Shown: one piece after another, positions 29,698 to 38,817 of the stretch
How positions within the stretch are numbered: the stretch's first letter is position 1
How the letters are laid out: each line of letters begins with the position of its first letter
NCBI GenBank assembly: GCA_036510575.1
Contig: DATCDR010000115.1
Coordinates: forward strand, 1-61,486
DNA length: 61,486 nucleotides
Source: Acidimicrobiales bacterium
GTDB taxonomy: Bacteria > Actinomycetota > Acidimicrobiia > Acidimicrobiales > Bog-793
Direction of reading: 5' to 3'
The notes under the pieces: generated by a model
Told to the model about the DNA's origin: nothing
Database searches by the model: none
What the model saw: the letters and a program-made list of their open reading frames with translations, nothing else
Position numbers and translations under genes: made by a program

Positions 29698-30789
29698 TTA
29701 AGCCGCAGCTACTCCGGTACGTCCGAGTTCGCGAGCGAGCTCCTTTGGATATGTCGTGATGGCGAGGGCGTCCTCATAGGTGATAGTGCCGCTGCGGATC
29801 AAATCAGCGAGACTCATCTCGAGTGTCTGCATCCCATCGCCTCGAGAGGTGCTCATGATGTTTCGAAGCTGATTCGACTTGCCTTCTCGAATCATGTTCC
29901 GACTGGCACTGGTTGCGATCAACACCTCGAAGGTGGCAACCATGCCGCCGCCAACCTTTGGGACCAATCGCTGTGCGACGACCGCGGCTAGCGATGCCGA
30001 AAGTTGGACTCGGATCTGGTCCTGGCGCCATGCGGGGAACACGTCGATGATTCGGTCGATCGCCTGCGAGGCGTCGTTGGTGTGAAGGGTTGCGAAGACG
30101 AGGTGACCGGTTTCTGCCATCGTCAGGGCGATCTGAATCGACTCGAGGTCGCGCATCTCACCGATGAGCAGGACATCAGGGTCCTCTCGGAGCGCCGAGC
30201 GCAGTGCCCGTTCGAAGGAACCGCTGTCAGTTCCGATCTCGCGCTGGTTGATCGCTGACCTCTTGTGATTATGCACGTACTCGATCGGATCCTCGATGGT
30301 CAGTACGTGCGCATCGCGGTTGTCGTTGATGTGATCAATGATCGAGGCAAGTGTCGTTGACTTACCTGAGCCGGTAGGGCCGGTCACGAGGACGAATCCT
30401 CGTGGCAGTACTGCCAGCTGATTGGCAACCGACGGCAGGCCGAGCTGCTCAAAGCTCGGAATGGCCGATGGGATCATCCGAAGCGCGATCGCGATGTCAC
30501 CCTTTTGATAGAACGCGTTCCCACGGATTCTGGCCCGGTCGTACCAGCTAAAGGAGAAGTCGACGTCTTTCCGACTCTCGAAAATCTCCATCAGCTCTTC
30601 GTCGAGCAAGCCCGCCAAGATCACCTCGGCTGCTGCGCTGGTGGTCGTCGCCGCGCCCTCCACGGGGCGGAGGGCTCCGTCGACTCGAACTCGGGGCGCC
30701 GAGTTCGTCGTGATGAGAAGGTCCGAGCCGCCGCGGTCCCATAGCTCTTGGAGCAGAGCTTCGATCGGTTCGAAATTCGTTGTTTGCAT
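29698..30789 (-). CDS. pilT: Type IV pilus retraction ATPase PilT
   Basis: GGSDLLIT....P..RVDG, Walker A GPTGSGKSTT, IEDPIEY, Walker B DPDVLLIGEMRD, ETGHLVFATLHTN, and the AIRNLIREGK-like NMIREGK. Confidence 0.95.
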   Translation of the reverse strand: MQTTNFEPIEALLQELWDRGGSDLLITTNSAPRVRVDGALRPVEGAATTTSAAAEVILAGLLDEELMEIFESRKDVDFSFSWYDRARIRGNAFYQKGDIAIALRMIPSAIPSFEQLGLPSVANQLAVLPRGFVLVTGPTGSGKSTTLASIIDHINDNRDAHVLTIEDPIEYVHNHKRSAINQREIGTDSGSFERALRSALREDPDVLLIGEMRDLESIQIALTMAETGHLVFATLHTNDASQAIDRIIDVFPAWRQDQIRVQLSASLAAVVAQRLVPKVGGGMVATFEVLIATSASRNMIREGKSNQLRNIMSTSRGDGMQTLEMSLADLIRSGTITYEDALAITTYPKELARELGRTGVAAA

Positions 30790-30889
30790 TGGCGTAATTC
30801 CTCGCTAGCCGTTGTGGCCACTGTGGCCACAGCGCTCGATGACTTGGGCCTCGGCACAGTCGCCGAGTCCCAAATCACTTGGCTACATC

Positions 30890-30898
30890 TAGTTACGG
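30890..30898 (-). promoter_or_regulatory. CCGTAACTA motif (minus strand), ~100 nt upstream of pilT
   Basis: One of three identical 9-mers found only upstream of pilT, pilA and pilB, in the same orientation as the genes. Confidence 0.4.
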
Positions 30899-30977
30899 TT
30901 ATTCGTCGACATTTCTTTACTGCTACTTACGCCCCTGCGCAGATTCCTTGAGCACCGGAGAAGTCCGTAGCGAGGAA

Positions 30978-31226
30978 CTACCACGGCGGAGTGGTGCCAT
31001 CCGCCTCATAGAGCGCAGCTCCGGTAGGAGCATCGGTGACCGTCATTCCTGGGTCATTGGCGGCCAGCGTTACCTCGACGGCCTTGTTGTCGGCGCTCAA
31101 GCTGATCGTGTAAAGGTCTGAGTTCGCCGGCAACGTCGCCAGATATGTTGGTGCCAGGTCGCCCGGATCGGTCCCTACCGCGTATACCGGCGGAACGTGT
31201 TCGGCGAGGCTGGGACCCGAAACAGA
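30978..31226 (-). pseudogene. 5'-truncated pilin paralogue (C-terminal domain only)
   Basis: The minus-strand frame reads SVSGPSLAEHVPPVYAVGTDPGDLAPTYLATLPANSDLYTISLSADNKAVEVTLAANDPGMTVTDAPTGAALYEADGTTPPW*. This aligns with PilA ...GNLVPTYLATWPSSAAYTIGVSGNNTTVTLATTDPGYI.... There is no start codon or N-terminal hydrophobic helix, and an in-frame stop lies immediately upstream (31227-31229). Confidence 0.65.
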
Positions 31227-31481
31227 TCAGGTGCCACTCAACCTGACGCTCCAGTCCCGGCGGAGATGACCCACGAGACGATCCAATAGGCCCTCTCGAT
31301 CGAAACTCACAACCAATCCGCGATTGCGACGATCGTCGAACGGCATGCCCGCCGCGTGATGCTGCGCACCCACCGGCGGGACGTGTGCGGCCAGCGGGTC
31401 AACGCCGCGTCGACGCGACGATCATGACGCTTGCGCCGTACCCGTCCCGCTTGATCACCCGGCACCTGGGCAGCGAGATGG

Positions 31482-31552
<71 letters not shown>

Positions 31553-31727
31553 ATAAATCCTCACGCCACTAGATCCGACCTACCTCTTCCACGTTTACAC
31601 CGCGAGCCCCTGGGAGCGCTCGCAGCAACGAGAGCACGACGGAACTGCTGCGCCGGCACCTTCTCGAAGGCACGGACCAACGCACGGAGGTGGTTGCCGA
31701 CGCCGTCGCGGTCCGCGTCATCCACGC

Positions 31728-31763
31728 AAAACGCTCGGCTGGGAGACCCCAGCCGAGCGTTTT
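31728..31763 (-). terminator. Bidirectional rho-independent terminator downstream of pilA
   Basis: AAAACGCTCGGCTGGG-AGAC-CCCAGCCGAGCGTTTT, a perfect 16-bp stem with A/T tracts on both sides, ~110 nt after the pilA stop. Confidence 0.8.
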
Positions 31764-31872
31764 GGAACCTGCTTGAGTTATCGACCCCGTGTCGAGACGA
31801 TCCCTAGAAATCGCCCATCGTCGGGCCCGTCAACCTTGTAACTGCTGCAACTTCTGGTTGACGCTGAGCCGC

Positions 31873-32361
31873 TTACGCTCCGGCGCAGATACCCTTTCCG
31901 GAGAACGTCGACACTGGTGTGGCTGCAAACTGATACGCATCACCGGCAGCAGCTCCAAGTACTCCGTTGAACTGCGCCGCCCCAGGGTGGCTGGCGTCGA
32001 TGTAGCCAGGGTCAGTCGTAGCCAGGGTGACGGTGGTGTTGTTACCGCTCACGCCGATCGTGTAGGCAGCGCTGGACGGCCACGTCGCCAAGTACGTCGG
32101 AACGAGGTTGCCAGTGGCACCGGCCGTGGGCGGAGTAGTAGGCGACTGCGCCTGCTCTGCAGCAATTGCGACGTTGACGCTCTGAGCATCGGTCGCACAT
32201 GCGGCCGCCGCACTGCTACTCGTGACGCCGCCAAGGGCGAACACCACGATCGCGGCAAGGATACCGAGGACGACGATGACGATAAGAAGTTCGATAAGGG
32301 TGAATCCTCGCTCACCGTTTAGCTCACGGTTGCGCTGAATTCTGTGGATATTGGCTAGCAC
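31873..32361 (-). CDS. pilA: Type IV pilin (major pilin candidate)
   Basis: Class III signal: (V/M)LANIHRIQRNRELNGERG|FTLIELLIVIVVLGILAAIVVFAL with Glu at +5. Two Cys (AAAACATD and GKGICAGA). GTG 32361 is preceded by GAAAGG; the ORF track extends to 32481. Confidence 0.9.
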   Translation of the reverse strand: MLANIHRIQRNRELNGERGFTLIELLIVIVVLGILAAIVVFALGGVTSSSAAAACATDAQSVNVAIAAEQAQSPTTPPTAGATGNLVPTYLATWPSSAAYTIGVSGNNTTVTLATTDPGYIDASHPGAAQFNGVLGAAAGDAYQFAATPVSTFSGKGICAGA

Positions 32362-32452
32362 GGCATTACCTTTCGTTAGATGGGAGACCTTCGGGGAAAC
32401 TGAGAAACCCGACTTGGATTCGCTCGTGTGACCTCTAGAGCCTTGCTCTATA

Positions 32453-32461
32453 TAGTTACGG
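32453..32461 (-). promoter_or_regulatory. CCGTAACTA motif (minus strand), ~92 nt upstream of pilA
   Basis: Identical 9-mer to the pilT and pilB copies, followed by TATAGAGCAAGG. Confidence 0.4.
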
Positions 32462-33011
32462 ACGGAAAGCAACCTACACACAATGGCTTCCCAACATCAG
32501 CCCAAATATCTACATAGCCGACTGATACTGGCGAGTGAGCTGGTCGGGTAAATGGTCTGCATCTCTCCTTAGTTCGGGATTGCGAAAATGCTGTGCTGGT
32601 GCTCAATGTCGGTTGTCTTGATTGGAAACTCGAGCGGTATGTTTATGGAACTATTCGGCGCTGATATCGGACGAGCTACAGGTCGCGACACTGCGATCAT
32701 TTGGAATGCGGCCGTTCCAAGACTTCAGCCGAGACGACCTTCCCTGGGCTCATCGGTCGCTAGCCAAGGGCAGCCACAACGACCCCAAATCAGGTCAGAT
32801 GCTGCACCGTTGTGTCCGGCTGCTGACGCCGCAGCCCATCGACGTGCGCCGGCAGGTACACCGTCGTCGGTACTCCTATCTCCAGATCACTGGAGTAGTA
32901 GTAATGCGCGCGACCTGCGTCTCACGAAGTTACGAATAGGAGCTTTTCAGAATCATATTCGTGCCATTGGGCTCATTCGATTGGTGAATTAATCCCGCCA
33001 AAACTCTCGAA

Positions 33012-34220
33012 TCAGGTGACTGATACCTGCTTGTAGATTCCGTACATTGCCGACACCAGTGCCACAGCGACGAATCCAACCACGACACCCATAAAGATAA
33101 TGACTGCGGGCTCAAATAGACTGGTAAATCGCTTTATTTTGATGTCGAGTTCTCGATCATAGAATCCGGCGGCCACACGAAGCTGTTCGTCCAGGGTCCC
33201 AGTCTCTTCACCAACTCGGAAAATCTGACGAGCGGCGCTCGGGAAAAGCCCCGACCTCGCAAGTGGAGCCGCGAGTCCCTGGCCCTCGAGCATCTCTTCG
33301 CGGATGTCGCCAAGACCACGCTTGTACACGGCATTATTCGTGGCATCCGCTGTGACCAACATCGCCTCCGGAAGTGCCACGCCCGCCGACAACATCGATG
33401 CGAGAATACGGCAAATCCTTTCCAGAATCGCGTGCTGGATCATGTCACCGAGCAACGGAAGCTTCAACATCACCGCGTCGAGCCGAACGCGACCCGTCTT
33501 GGATCGCCAACTCCAGATGCCAAAGGCTACGAGAGCCACCACGGCACCAAAGATGATCAGGTAGTTCTTCGAGACGATGCCGGTAAGTGCGAGCAGCATC
33601 CGGGTTGGGAGCGGCAACTTGGCATTCAACGACGCGAAAAAGACCCTGAACCGAGGCAGAACGAACGTGGCGAGAACCACAATGGTGACCACGGACATAC
33701 CCATCACGATCAGCGGGTACACCAGCGCGGAGACGACGCGACTTTTAGCGTCGGCATCTCGTTGCATGTACTCCGCCAATTGCAACAACGTGACGTCCAA
33801 AGCGCCCGTCAGCTCAGCTGAATTGAGGATTCCGACGTAGTAAAGCGGAAACGCCTCTGGATGCGCCGCGGCGGCCGATGAAAAGGTGTCGCCGGACTGC
33901 AGCCCCTCGACCATGTCAACCAACACCTTCTTGAAGGTCTTGTCCGAGGTCTCGTCGAGAATGATCTCCATCGCCTCGAGAATCGGGATACCTGCCGAGA
34001 TGAATACCGAGAGCTGGCGAGAGAAGCCCATCACGACGTCACGCGGCACGCGGCGCTTCGTAAGCTCGAGCTTGAGTAACGTCGGCTTCTCGTCGACCGA
34101 CATCGGCTGGAGTCCGCGAGCGGCCAACGACAAGCGCGCGGCGCCACTCGAGACGGCTTCCTCGACTCCGCTGACCGTCTTACCGTCGATATCGACTGCT
34201 TCAAACTTGTACTTCGTCAT
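33012..34220 (-). CDS. pilC: Type IV pilus platform protein PilC (GspF family)
   Basis: 402 aa with two GspF repeats and 3 TM segments; 13 nt downstream of pilB. Confidence 0.92.
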   Translation of the reverse strand: MTKYKFEAVDIDGKTVSGVEEAVSSGAARLSLAARGLQPMSVDEKPTLLKLELTKRRVPRDVVMGFSRQLSVFISAGIPILEAMEIILDETSDKTFKKVLVDMVEGLQSGDTFSSAAAAHPEAFPLYYVGILNSAELTGALDVTLLQLAEYMQRDADAKSRVVSALVYPLIVMGMSVVTIVVLATFVLPRFRVFFASLNAKLPLPTRMLLALTGIVSKNYLIIFGAVVALVAFGIWSWRSKTGRVRLDAVMLKLPLLGDMIQHAILERICRILASMLSAGVALPEAMLVTADATNNAVYKRGLGDIREEMLEGQGLAAPLARSGLFPSAARQIFRVGEETGTLDEQLRVAAGFYDRELDIKIKRFTSLFEPAVIIFMGVVVGFVAVALVSAMYGIYKQVSVT

Positions 34221-34233
34221 GATCCGATCTTTC

Positions 34234-36048
34234 TCAAAGCGAGTAGATGCTGCGGATTACCTCTTCGATGGTCGTGACGTCATGCGCGACGAGATCGATC
34301 GTCTCCTCGCGTAGCGTTCGCATACCCTGACGTTGTGCGAGGCGACGCAACTCCTCCTGCGTTGCCCATCCGACGATGAGCCGCTTGATTTCAGGCGTCA
34401 TCTTCAGAAGCTCGTAGACACCGATGCGCGCGTGGTATCCGGTTCCGGCGCAGTAGTTGCAGCCGGCCCCGTGGTAGAAGGTGTTCTTGTCGGGTCCCTC
34501 ACTCTCCCGATAGAACGCGATTTCGGCGTCGGTCGGCTGATATGGAACCTTGCACTGCGGGCAGATTCGACGTACCAGTCGCTGGCCAACCACCGCCAGC
34601 ACGGAAGACGCGATGAGGAACGATTCGATTCCCATGTCCAAGAACCGGTGAAGTGCCGAGACCGAGTCGGTGGCGTGGAGTGACGAAAGCACGAAGTGCC
34701 CCGTCAAAGCCGACTGCACGGCGATTCGCGCCGTCTCGACGTCTCGAATCTCGCCAACGAGGATCACGTCGGGGTCTTGGCGCAGAATCGACTTCAGTCC
34801 GGTCGCGAAGGTGAGGCCAGCTGCCTCGTTGGTCTGAATCTGGTTGATCGACGGGAACACGTACTCGACCGGGTCTTCAATCGTCATGATGTTCCGGGTC
34901 GGATCATTCAGCTCAGAGAGCGTCGCGTACAGCGTCGTCGTCTTACCGCTGCCCGTCGGCCCTGCACAAAGGACCATTCCGAAGGGCGCATGCGAGAGCT
35001 CAGAAAAATTGTGGTGCGTGTCCGTCGGCATGCCGAGGTCGGCGAGGCGCAACACCGATCGTGACGTGTCGAGGATTCTCATGACGCACTTCTCGCCTGA
35101 GATCGTCGCGACGGTCGCAACGCGGACATCGACCCGCTTGCCGTCGATGTCGATAGCCAGCTGGCCGTCTTGTGGTCGCCGACGCTCGACGATGTTCATG
35201 CCCGCCATGATCTTTATTCGACTGATCAGACCTAGGCCCATCGCGCCGGGGAGCTCGAGGACTTCTTTCAGCGTGCCGTCGATGCGGAAGCGCACTCGAA
35301 CCACTTCGGTCTGCGGTTCGATGTGCACGTCAGAGGCGCGGTCTCGAAGGGCCTGGGTAAGAATTCTGTTTACGACCTGGACAATCGGCGCGTCGTCTCC
35401 AGGAGATTCTTGCTGGTCATTGCCGGTGGTCTGCCGCCTGGATCCCTCGACCGCCTCGAAGGCTCGGATGAGATCTCGTACGCCACCAAGTGCCCGGTAC
35501 TGCGTCTCGATCGCCGAGCGCAGGACATTCACCGGAGCAAGGAACATCTCTACCGAACATCCGGAGAGCTTCTCCAAGTTGCGGCGGAGCTCTTGTGAGG
35601 GATCTGCGACCGCGACGCGGAGGTGCTTGTCGACACACGAAACCGCTACGACCAGATGAGCTCTGGCGAAGTCTTCCGGCACGAATACGGCGGCCTCGGG
35701 ATCGAGCGCCTCAATGTTCAGATCGATGCTCTGGACCCCGAACTGCGCCGCAAGCGTGTCCAAGAGCTCCGACTGGCTGATCGTGCCCATGTCGACCAGG
35801 AGCTGCCCGAAGAGCGCGCCGCTCTCTTGTTGACTGAGCGCCTCCTCGATCTGCTCAGGCGTGGCGACACCACGCGAGACGAGCAGCTCACCTAGGCGAG
35901 GACGAGAGCTGTCGCCGCCGTTCTCAGCCGACGGAACGAACTCCCGGTCCGCGACCGCCACCGAGGAGCGCGAAGGGCTCAGCGAAGAGTCGGCATCGCC
36001 CGAGACATCGGGTTCTTTCGACTTATCTCGTGATCCTCGACCTAGCAT
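34234..36048 (-). CDS. pilB: Type IV pilus assembly ATPase PilB (GspE family) with N-terminal T2SSE_N domain
   Basis: N-terminal LGELLVSRGVATPEQIEEAL...; Walker A GPTGSGKTTT; IEDPVEY; DPDVILVGEIRD; TGHFVLSSLHA; tetracysteine CPQC...CNYC. Confidence 0.95.
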   Translation of the reverse strand: MLGRGSRDKSKEPDVSGDADSSLSPSRSSVAVADREFVPSAENGGDSSRPRLGELLVSRGVATPEQIEEALSQQESGALFGQLLVDMGTISQSELLDTLAAQFGVQSIDLNIEALDPEAAVFVPEDFARAHLVVAVSCVDKHLRVAVADPSQELRRNLEKLSGCSVEMFLAPVNVLRSAIETQYRALGGVRDLIRAFEAVEGSRRQTTGNDQQESPGDDAPIVQVVNRILTQALRDRASDVHIEPQTEVVRVRFRIDGTLKEVLELPGAMGLGLISRIKIMAGMNIVERRRPQDGQLAIDIDGKRVDVRVATVATISGEKCVMRILDTSRSVLRLADLGMPTDTHHNFSELSHAPFGMVLCAGPTGSGKTTTLYATLSELNDPTRNIMTIEDPVEYVFPSINQIQTNEAAGLTFATGLKSILRQDPDVILVGEIRDVETARIAVQSALTGHFVLSSLHATDSVSALHRFLDMGIESFLIASSVLAVVGQRLVRRICPQCKVPYQPTDAEIAFYRESEGPDKNTFYHGAGCNYCAGTGYHARIGVYELLKMTPEIKRLIVGWATQEELRRLAQRQGMRTLREETIDLVAHDVTTIEEVIRSIYSL

Positions 36049-36077
36049 TTGCTCCCACTATCTCGTTGCTTCACCAG

Positions 36078-36086
36078 TAGTTACGG
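36078..36086 (-). promoter_or_regulatory. CCGTAACTA motif (minus strand), ~30 nt upstream of pilB
   Basis: Third identical copy of the 9-mer, followed by CTGGTGAAGCAACG. Confidence 0.4.
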
Positions 36087-36252
36087 AGAGGCTCGGCAAC
36101 TACTTGAGCGATCCGTCCAATTCCTCCTGACTCGATTGACCAGACGATCTACGGCACCGCCCCTCTTACCTGCGCTCGACAGCCACTACGGGTGCAGCTG
36201 GCCTCGAATCGGTGCTCCCTACAACTCCGAGAGCTACGCCGTACGCGCCTGC

Positions 36253-36902
36253 ATGCGAACGGTGCTACAGAGTCTTTATCGACCAATCAGCGCACTCCTG
36301 AAGCGAATTTTCAACGAGAAAGCGCTGCAAGCACGCGCCAAGGTGCGCGAATACCGAACAACGGAGAAATCGCTCCAAAGGGGGTTCTTGCACGTCGTTA
36401 TCGACGACGTGCAAACCGCAGGGCTCTCAGCTCTCGCAGCTTCGGACATCGGAGTGCCGCTCCCTCCACTCGAGGACTTCTTCGCGCTCTTCAAAGACGA
36501 CAACGACTGCTTGGAGTTTCTCTGGTGCAGCCGGTTCTCCGCAGATGGTCGGAGCACTGCACCGAGCGTGGGCAGACGCGTGAGTTCCAAGCAGACGTTG
36601 ACACGACAGCGCACCTGCGATGGCGGTGCGGGTCGTGTGGCTACTTCCTGTCACCGATCGCAGGCACGATCCTTCAGGGGTCGCAAACCCTGCTGCATCT
36701 CTACTTCGACGCGATCGGCACACTCGGCGAACCGGGCCGGACGGGTCCAATCGAAGAGCTCGCGTCCGAGCTCAGCATCACCTTCGGAGCAGCGGCGGAG
36801 GTGACACGGCTTCTCGCGGGGCACTTCGACTCCCGCGACAGCTCGTCACCTCGTTTCGAGTTCGACCTCGTGACCGCGATTGAACTCACCTTCAACAACT
36901 AA
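36253..36902 (+). pseudogene. IS1595-type transposase N-terminal zinc-ribbon-domain remnant, apparently frameshifted, with no DDE domain
   Basis: The frame beginning at 36253 gives ...LEDFFALFKDDNDCLEFL. A second frame continues RRWSEHCTERGQTREF...HLRWRCGSCGYFLSPIAGTILQGSQTLLHLYFDAIG...ELASELSITFGAAAEV. Together these resemble the F..FP.EE.C..YL...RWP.G..CP.CG...Y.C..C...FS..AGTIF..S..PL..WF.AI pattern. The frame switch lies near 36520-36545. Confidence 0.4.
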
Positions 36903-36955
36903 GCGACGAAGGCCGAACTCAGCCAACACGACAGCCTGCGGGGAGGGTCGCGGAC

Positions 36956-38071
36956 TTAGTCGACGAGGCGTGCGACGTTCTTCCCAAGCATCTTTGAAAG
37001 ATTGAGCCCGTCGACAAGTCGATCAAAGGGAATCCGCGTCGGGTCCGAAACCACCACGGAGGCAGAGATCGAAATCGACTCCTCGTGGTAGGGAGCAGGC
37101 AGCCGCAGGGTCCGGGCAGCGAGCACCAGTCGCTCAGCTCGATTGAGCGCGCTCTCATTGTCGATCGCTGGGGCGAGCAACAAGAACTCATCATCGCCAT
37201 ATCTGATAACAAGATCTCCAGGACGGCGCTCTCGCCGCAGCATGTCGGCAAGCGCGATGAGCACCTGGTCCCCCGCATCTTCGCCGTAGCGCGAGTTGAA
37301 CTCCGCGAGGTCGTCGACGTCGACCAGTGTTGCCGCAACCACGGCGGCTGACTCCCGGGCCTTGGAGCGGATGAATCGGTCGAAGAATCGACGGTTGTAG
37401 ACGTCGGTGAGGAGATCCCAGTCCGTTGCATACGATCCCGGCACCGCACGACCGAGTTCCAGTGCCGCGCCAAGGACCTCGACGGCGGTAGCTAGTCGAT
37501 CTTCCGCCGGGCTCATCGTCGTCGCCTCGACCCGACGGAGCGCCTGCTCGGCCCGTGCCAGCGTCCTGGCTGGAAGCTGCGAAGAAAGTGGCCGCAAGAT
37601 CTGACGGAAGGCTTCTACGGTGTCGTCCCGCCGAAACGTCCATCTGGCGATGAACGAGCGCGAGTCCTCAATCGACTCGCTGCCGTCGATTAGCCCGTGG
37701 TCGTCGACGGCGACCATCGCTGCAGAAAGCGAGCCGTTCAACACGACGAGTACCCAGGAGTCGAGCAGCTCGTCGCGGCGAGTCAGGTCAACCGCGTGAA
37801 CGCCGGCAGGCATGTTGGTTCCCTCACCTGGAAATCCGACCACGACCGTCGCGCCTGCTGCAGCCATGCCCGCGTACCTCGCGGCCTCGAGGTCGAAGTA
37901 CGCCCGACGTTGGAACAGCGCCAGGACGAAACTCGTCTGAGACGACGCCGAGCCGTCGAGAAAGTCAGATGCCAGTGCTGAGATGAACGAGAGCTTCATC
38001 GCCTCGCAGATAGCACCAACGCTGCGCTTGGAAAGCCAGTGCGACGGCGAGGATGCGAGAGAACCGCTCAT
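36956..38071 (-). CDS. DICT-like sensory domain + GGDEF domain protein (motif GDDEF)
   Basis: The N-terminal half (ALFQRRAYFDLEAARYAGMAAAGATVVVGF...VHAVDL...LLDSWVLVVL...ARWTF) resembles DICT. C-terminal GGDEF domain: DLLTDVYNRRFF...TLVDVDDLAEFNSRYGEDAGDQVL...VIRYGDDEFLLL. Confidence 0.75.
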   Translation of the reverse strand: MSGSLASSPSHWLSKRSVGAICEAMKLSFISALASDFLDGSASSQTSFVLALFQRRAYFDLEAARYAGMAAAGATVVVGFPGEGTNMPAGVHAVDLTRRDELLDSWVLVVLNGSLSAAMVAVDDHGLIDGSESIEDSRSFIARWTFRRDDTVEAFRQILRPLSSQLPARTLARAEQALRRVEATTMSPAEDRLATAVEVLGAALELGRAVPGSYATDWDLLTDVYNRRFFDRFIRSKARESAAVVAATLVDVDDLAEFNSRYGEDAGDQVLIALADMLRRERRPGDLVIRYGDDEFLLLAPAIDNESALNRAERLVLAARTLRLPAPYHEESISISASVVVSDPTRIPFDRLVDGLNLSKMLGKNVARLVD

Positions 38072-38439
38072 CGCGGACCCGGCTCTTCCACACCAGCGCC
38101 TGCGGTGGGCCGTCGAGTATCAAGAGAGTGCGACGGCGCTGGCATGGCTGAAGATTACCTTAGGCTTCTAAATCACAACTCAAGATATTACGGATATGGG
38201 CAATTATTGGGTTGCTGTTGCTAATGTTGCGCACGTTGACATTTTTTGCTCGATAAAACGCGCTCGCCGCGGCTCGCCGCGTCGCATTTCTGGAGCGGAA
38301 TAGCCCGCCGCGCGACAAGCAACCGTGCTGCCGCTCGCGTGACTACTCCTGGCTCGACCTGCGTCCCACCGCGGTAGCTACCTTGTGATGAGACCGAGGC
38401 GCCCAGTACTAGCGGCGACCTCGCTGGTACGCTGACTAC

Positions 38440-38817
38440 GTGGGTGTAGCTAAATTATTCGACAAAACTGAGCCTTTTCCTGATCTAGCACCCGCACTTC
38501 ACCGGCAACGGCTCGTCGTCGAGGGCTTCTCGCCAACGCGGATAACCGCCGACCAGATCAAGTGCTATCTGCGCGTCCTGTCGGTCGTCTGTGGAATGAA
38601 GCGACTAAACGACCCAGTCACCCACTGCTCGGCACGGTATGGGTGGGCGGGCTGGGTGCACTGGGAAGCCTCCGGTGCCCACCTCTACGCCTGGGAGGAT
38701 CCGCTACTCTTTTTCAGCGTTGATATCTACACCTGCGCGGAGTTCGACAACGTCAAGGTGGCGGAATTCACGAGCGCATTCTTCGCCGCAGAGGAGGTCG
38801 TGGCGAAGAGCTTTTGA
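38440..38817 (+). CDS. S-adenosylmethionine-decarboxylase-fold (SpeH-like, pyruvoyl-type) protein, divergent
   Basis: 125 aa. GWAGWVHWEASGAHLYAWEDPLLFFSVDIYTCAEFD aligns with the SpeH core GVSGVV.ISESH..IHTWPE.....D.FTCG. The processing Ser and the TC Cys are retained, but the Glu before Ser and the HTWPE His are not. GTG start. Confidence 0.55.
   Translation: MGVAKLFDKTEPFPDLAPALHRQRLVVEGFSPTRITADQIKCYLRVLSVVCGMKRLNDPVTHCSARYGWAGWVHWEASGAHLYAWEDPLLFFSVDIYTCAEFDNVKVAEFTSAFFAAEEVVAKSF

Noticed and set aside
32588-32992. 134-aa and 105-aa plus-strand ORFs in the pilC-pilA spacer
   Set aside because: No recognisable domains, junk-like composition, and the two overlap each other in different frames. 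The region is treated as non-coding or remnant.
36049-36252. 5' part of the 251-aa plus-strand ORF abutting the pilB start
   Set aside because: It lies in the pilB promoter region and contains the pilB-proximal CCGTAACTA site on the other strand. Only the part from about 36253 onward shows transposase-like similarity.
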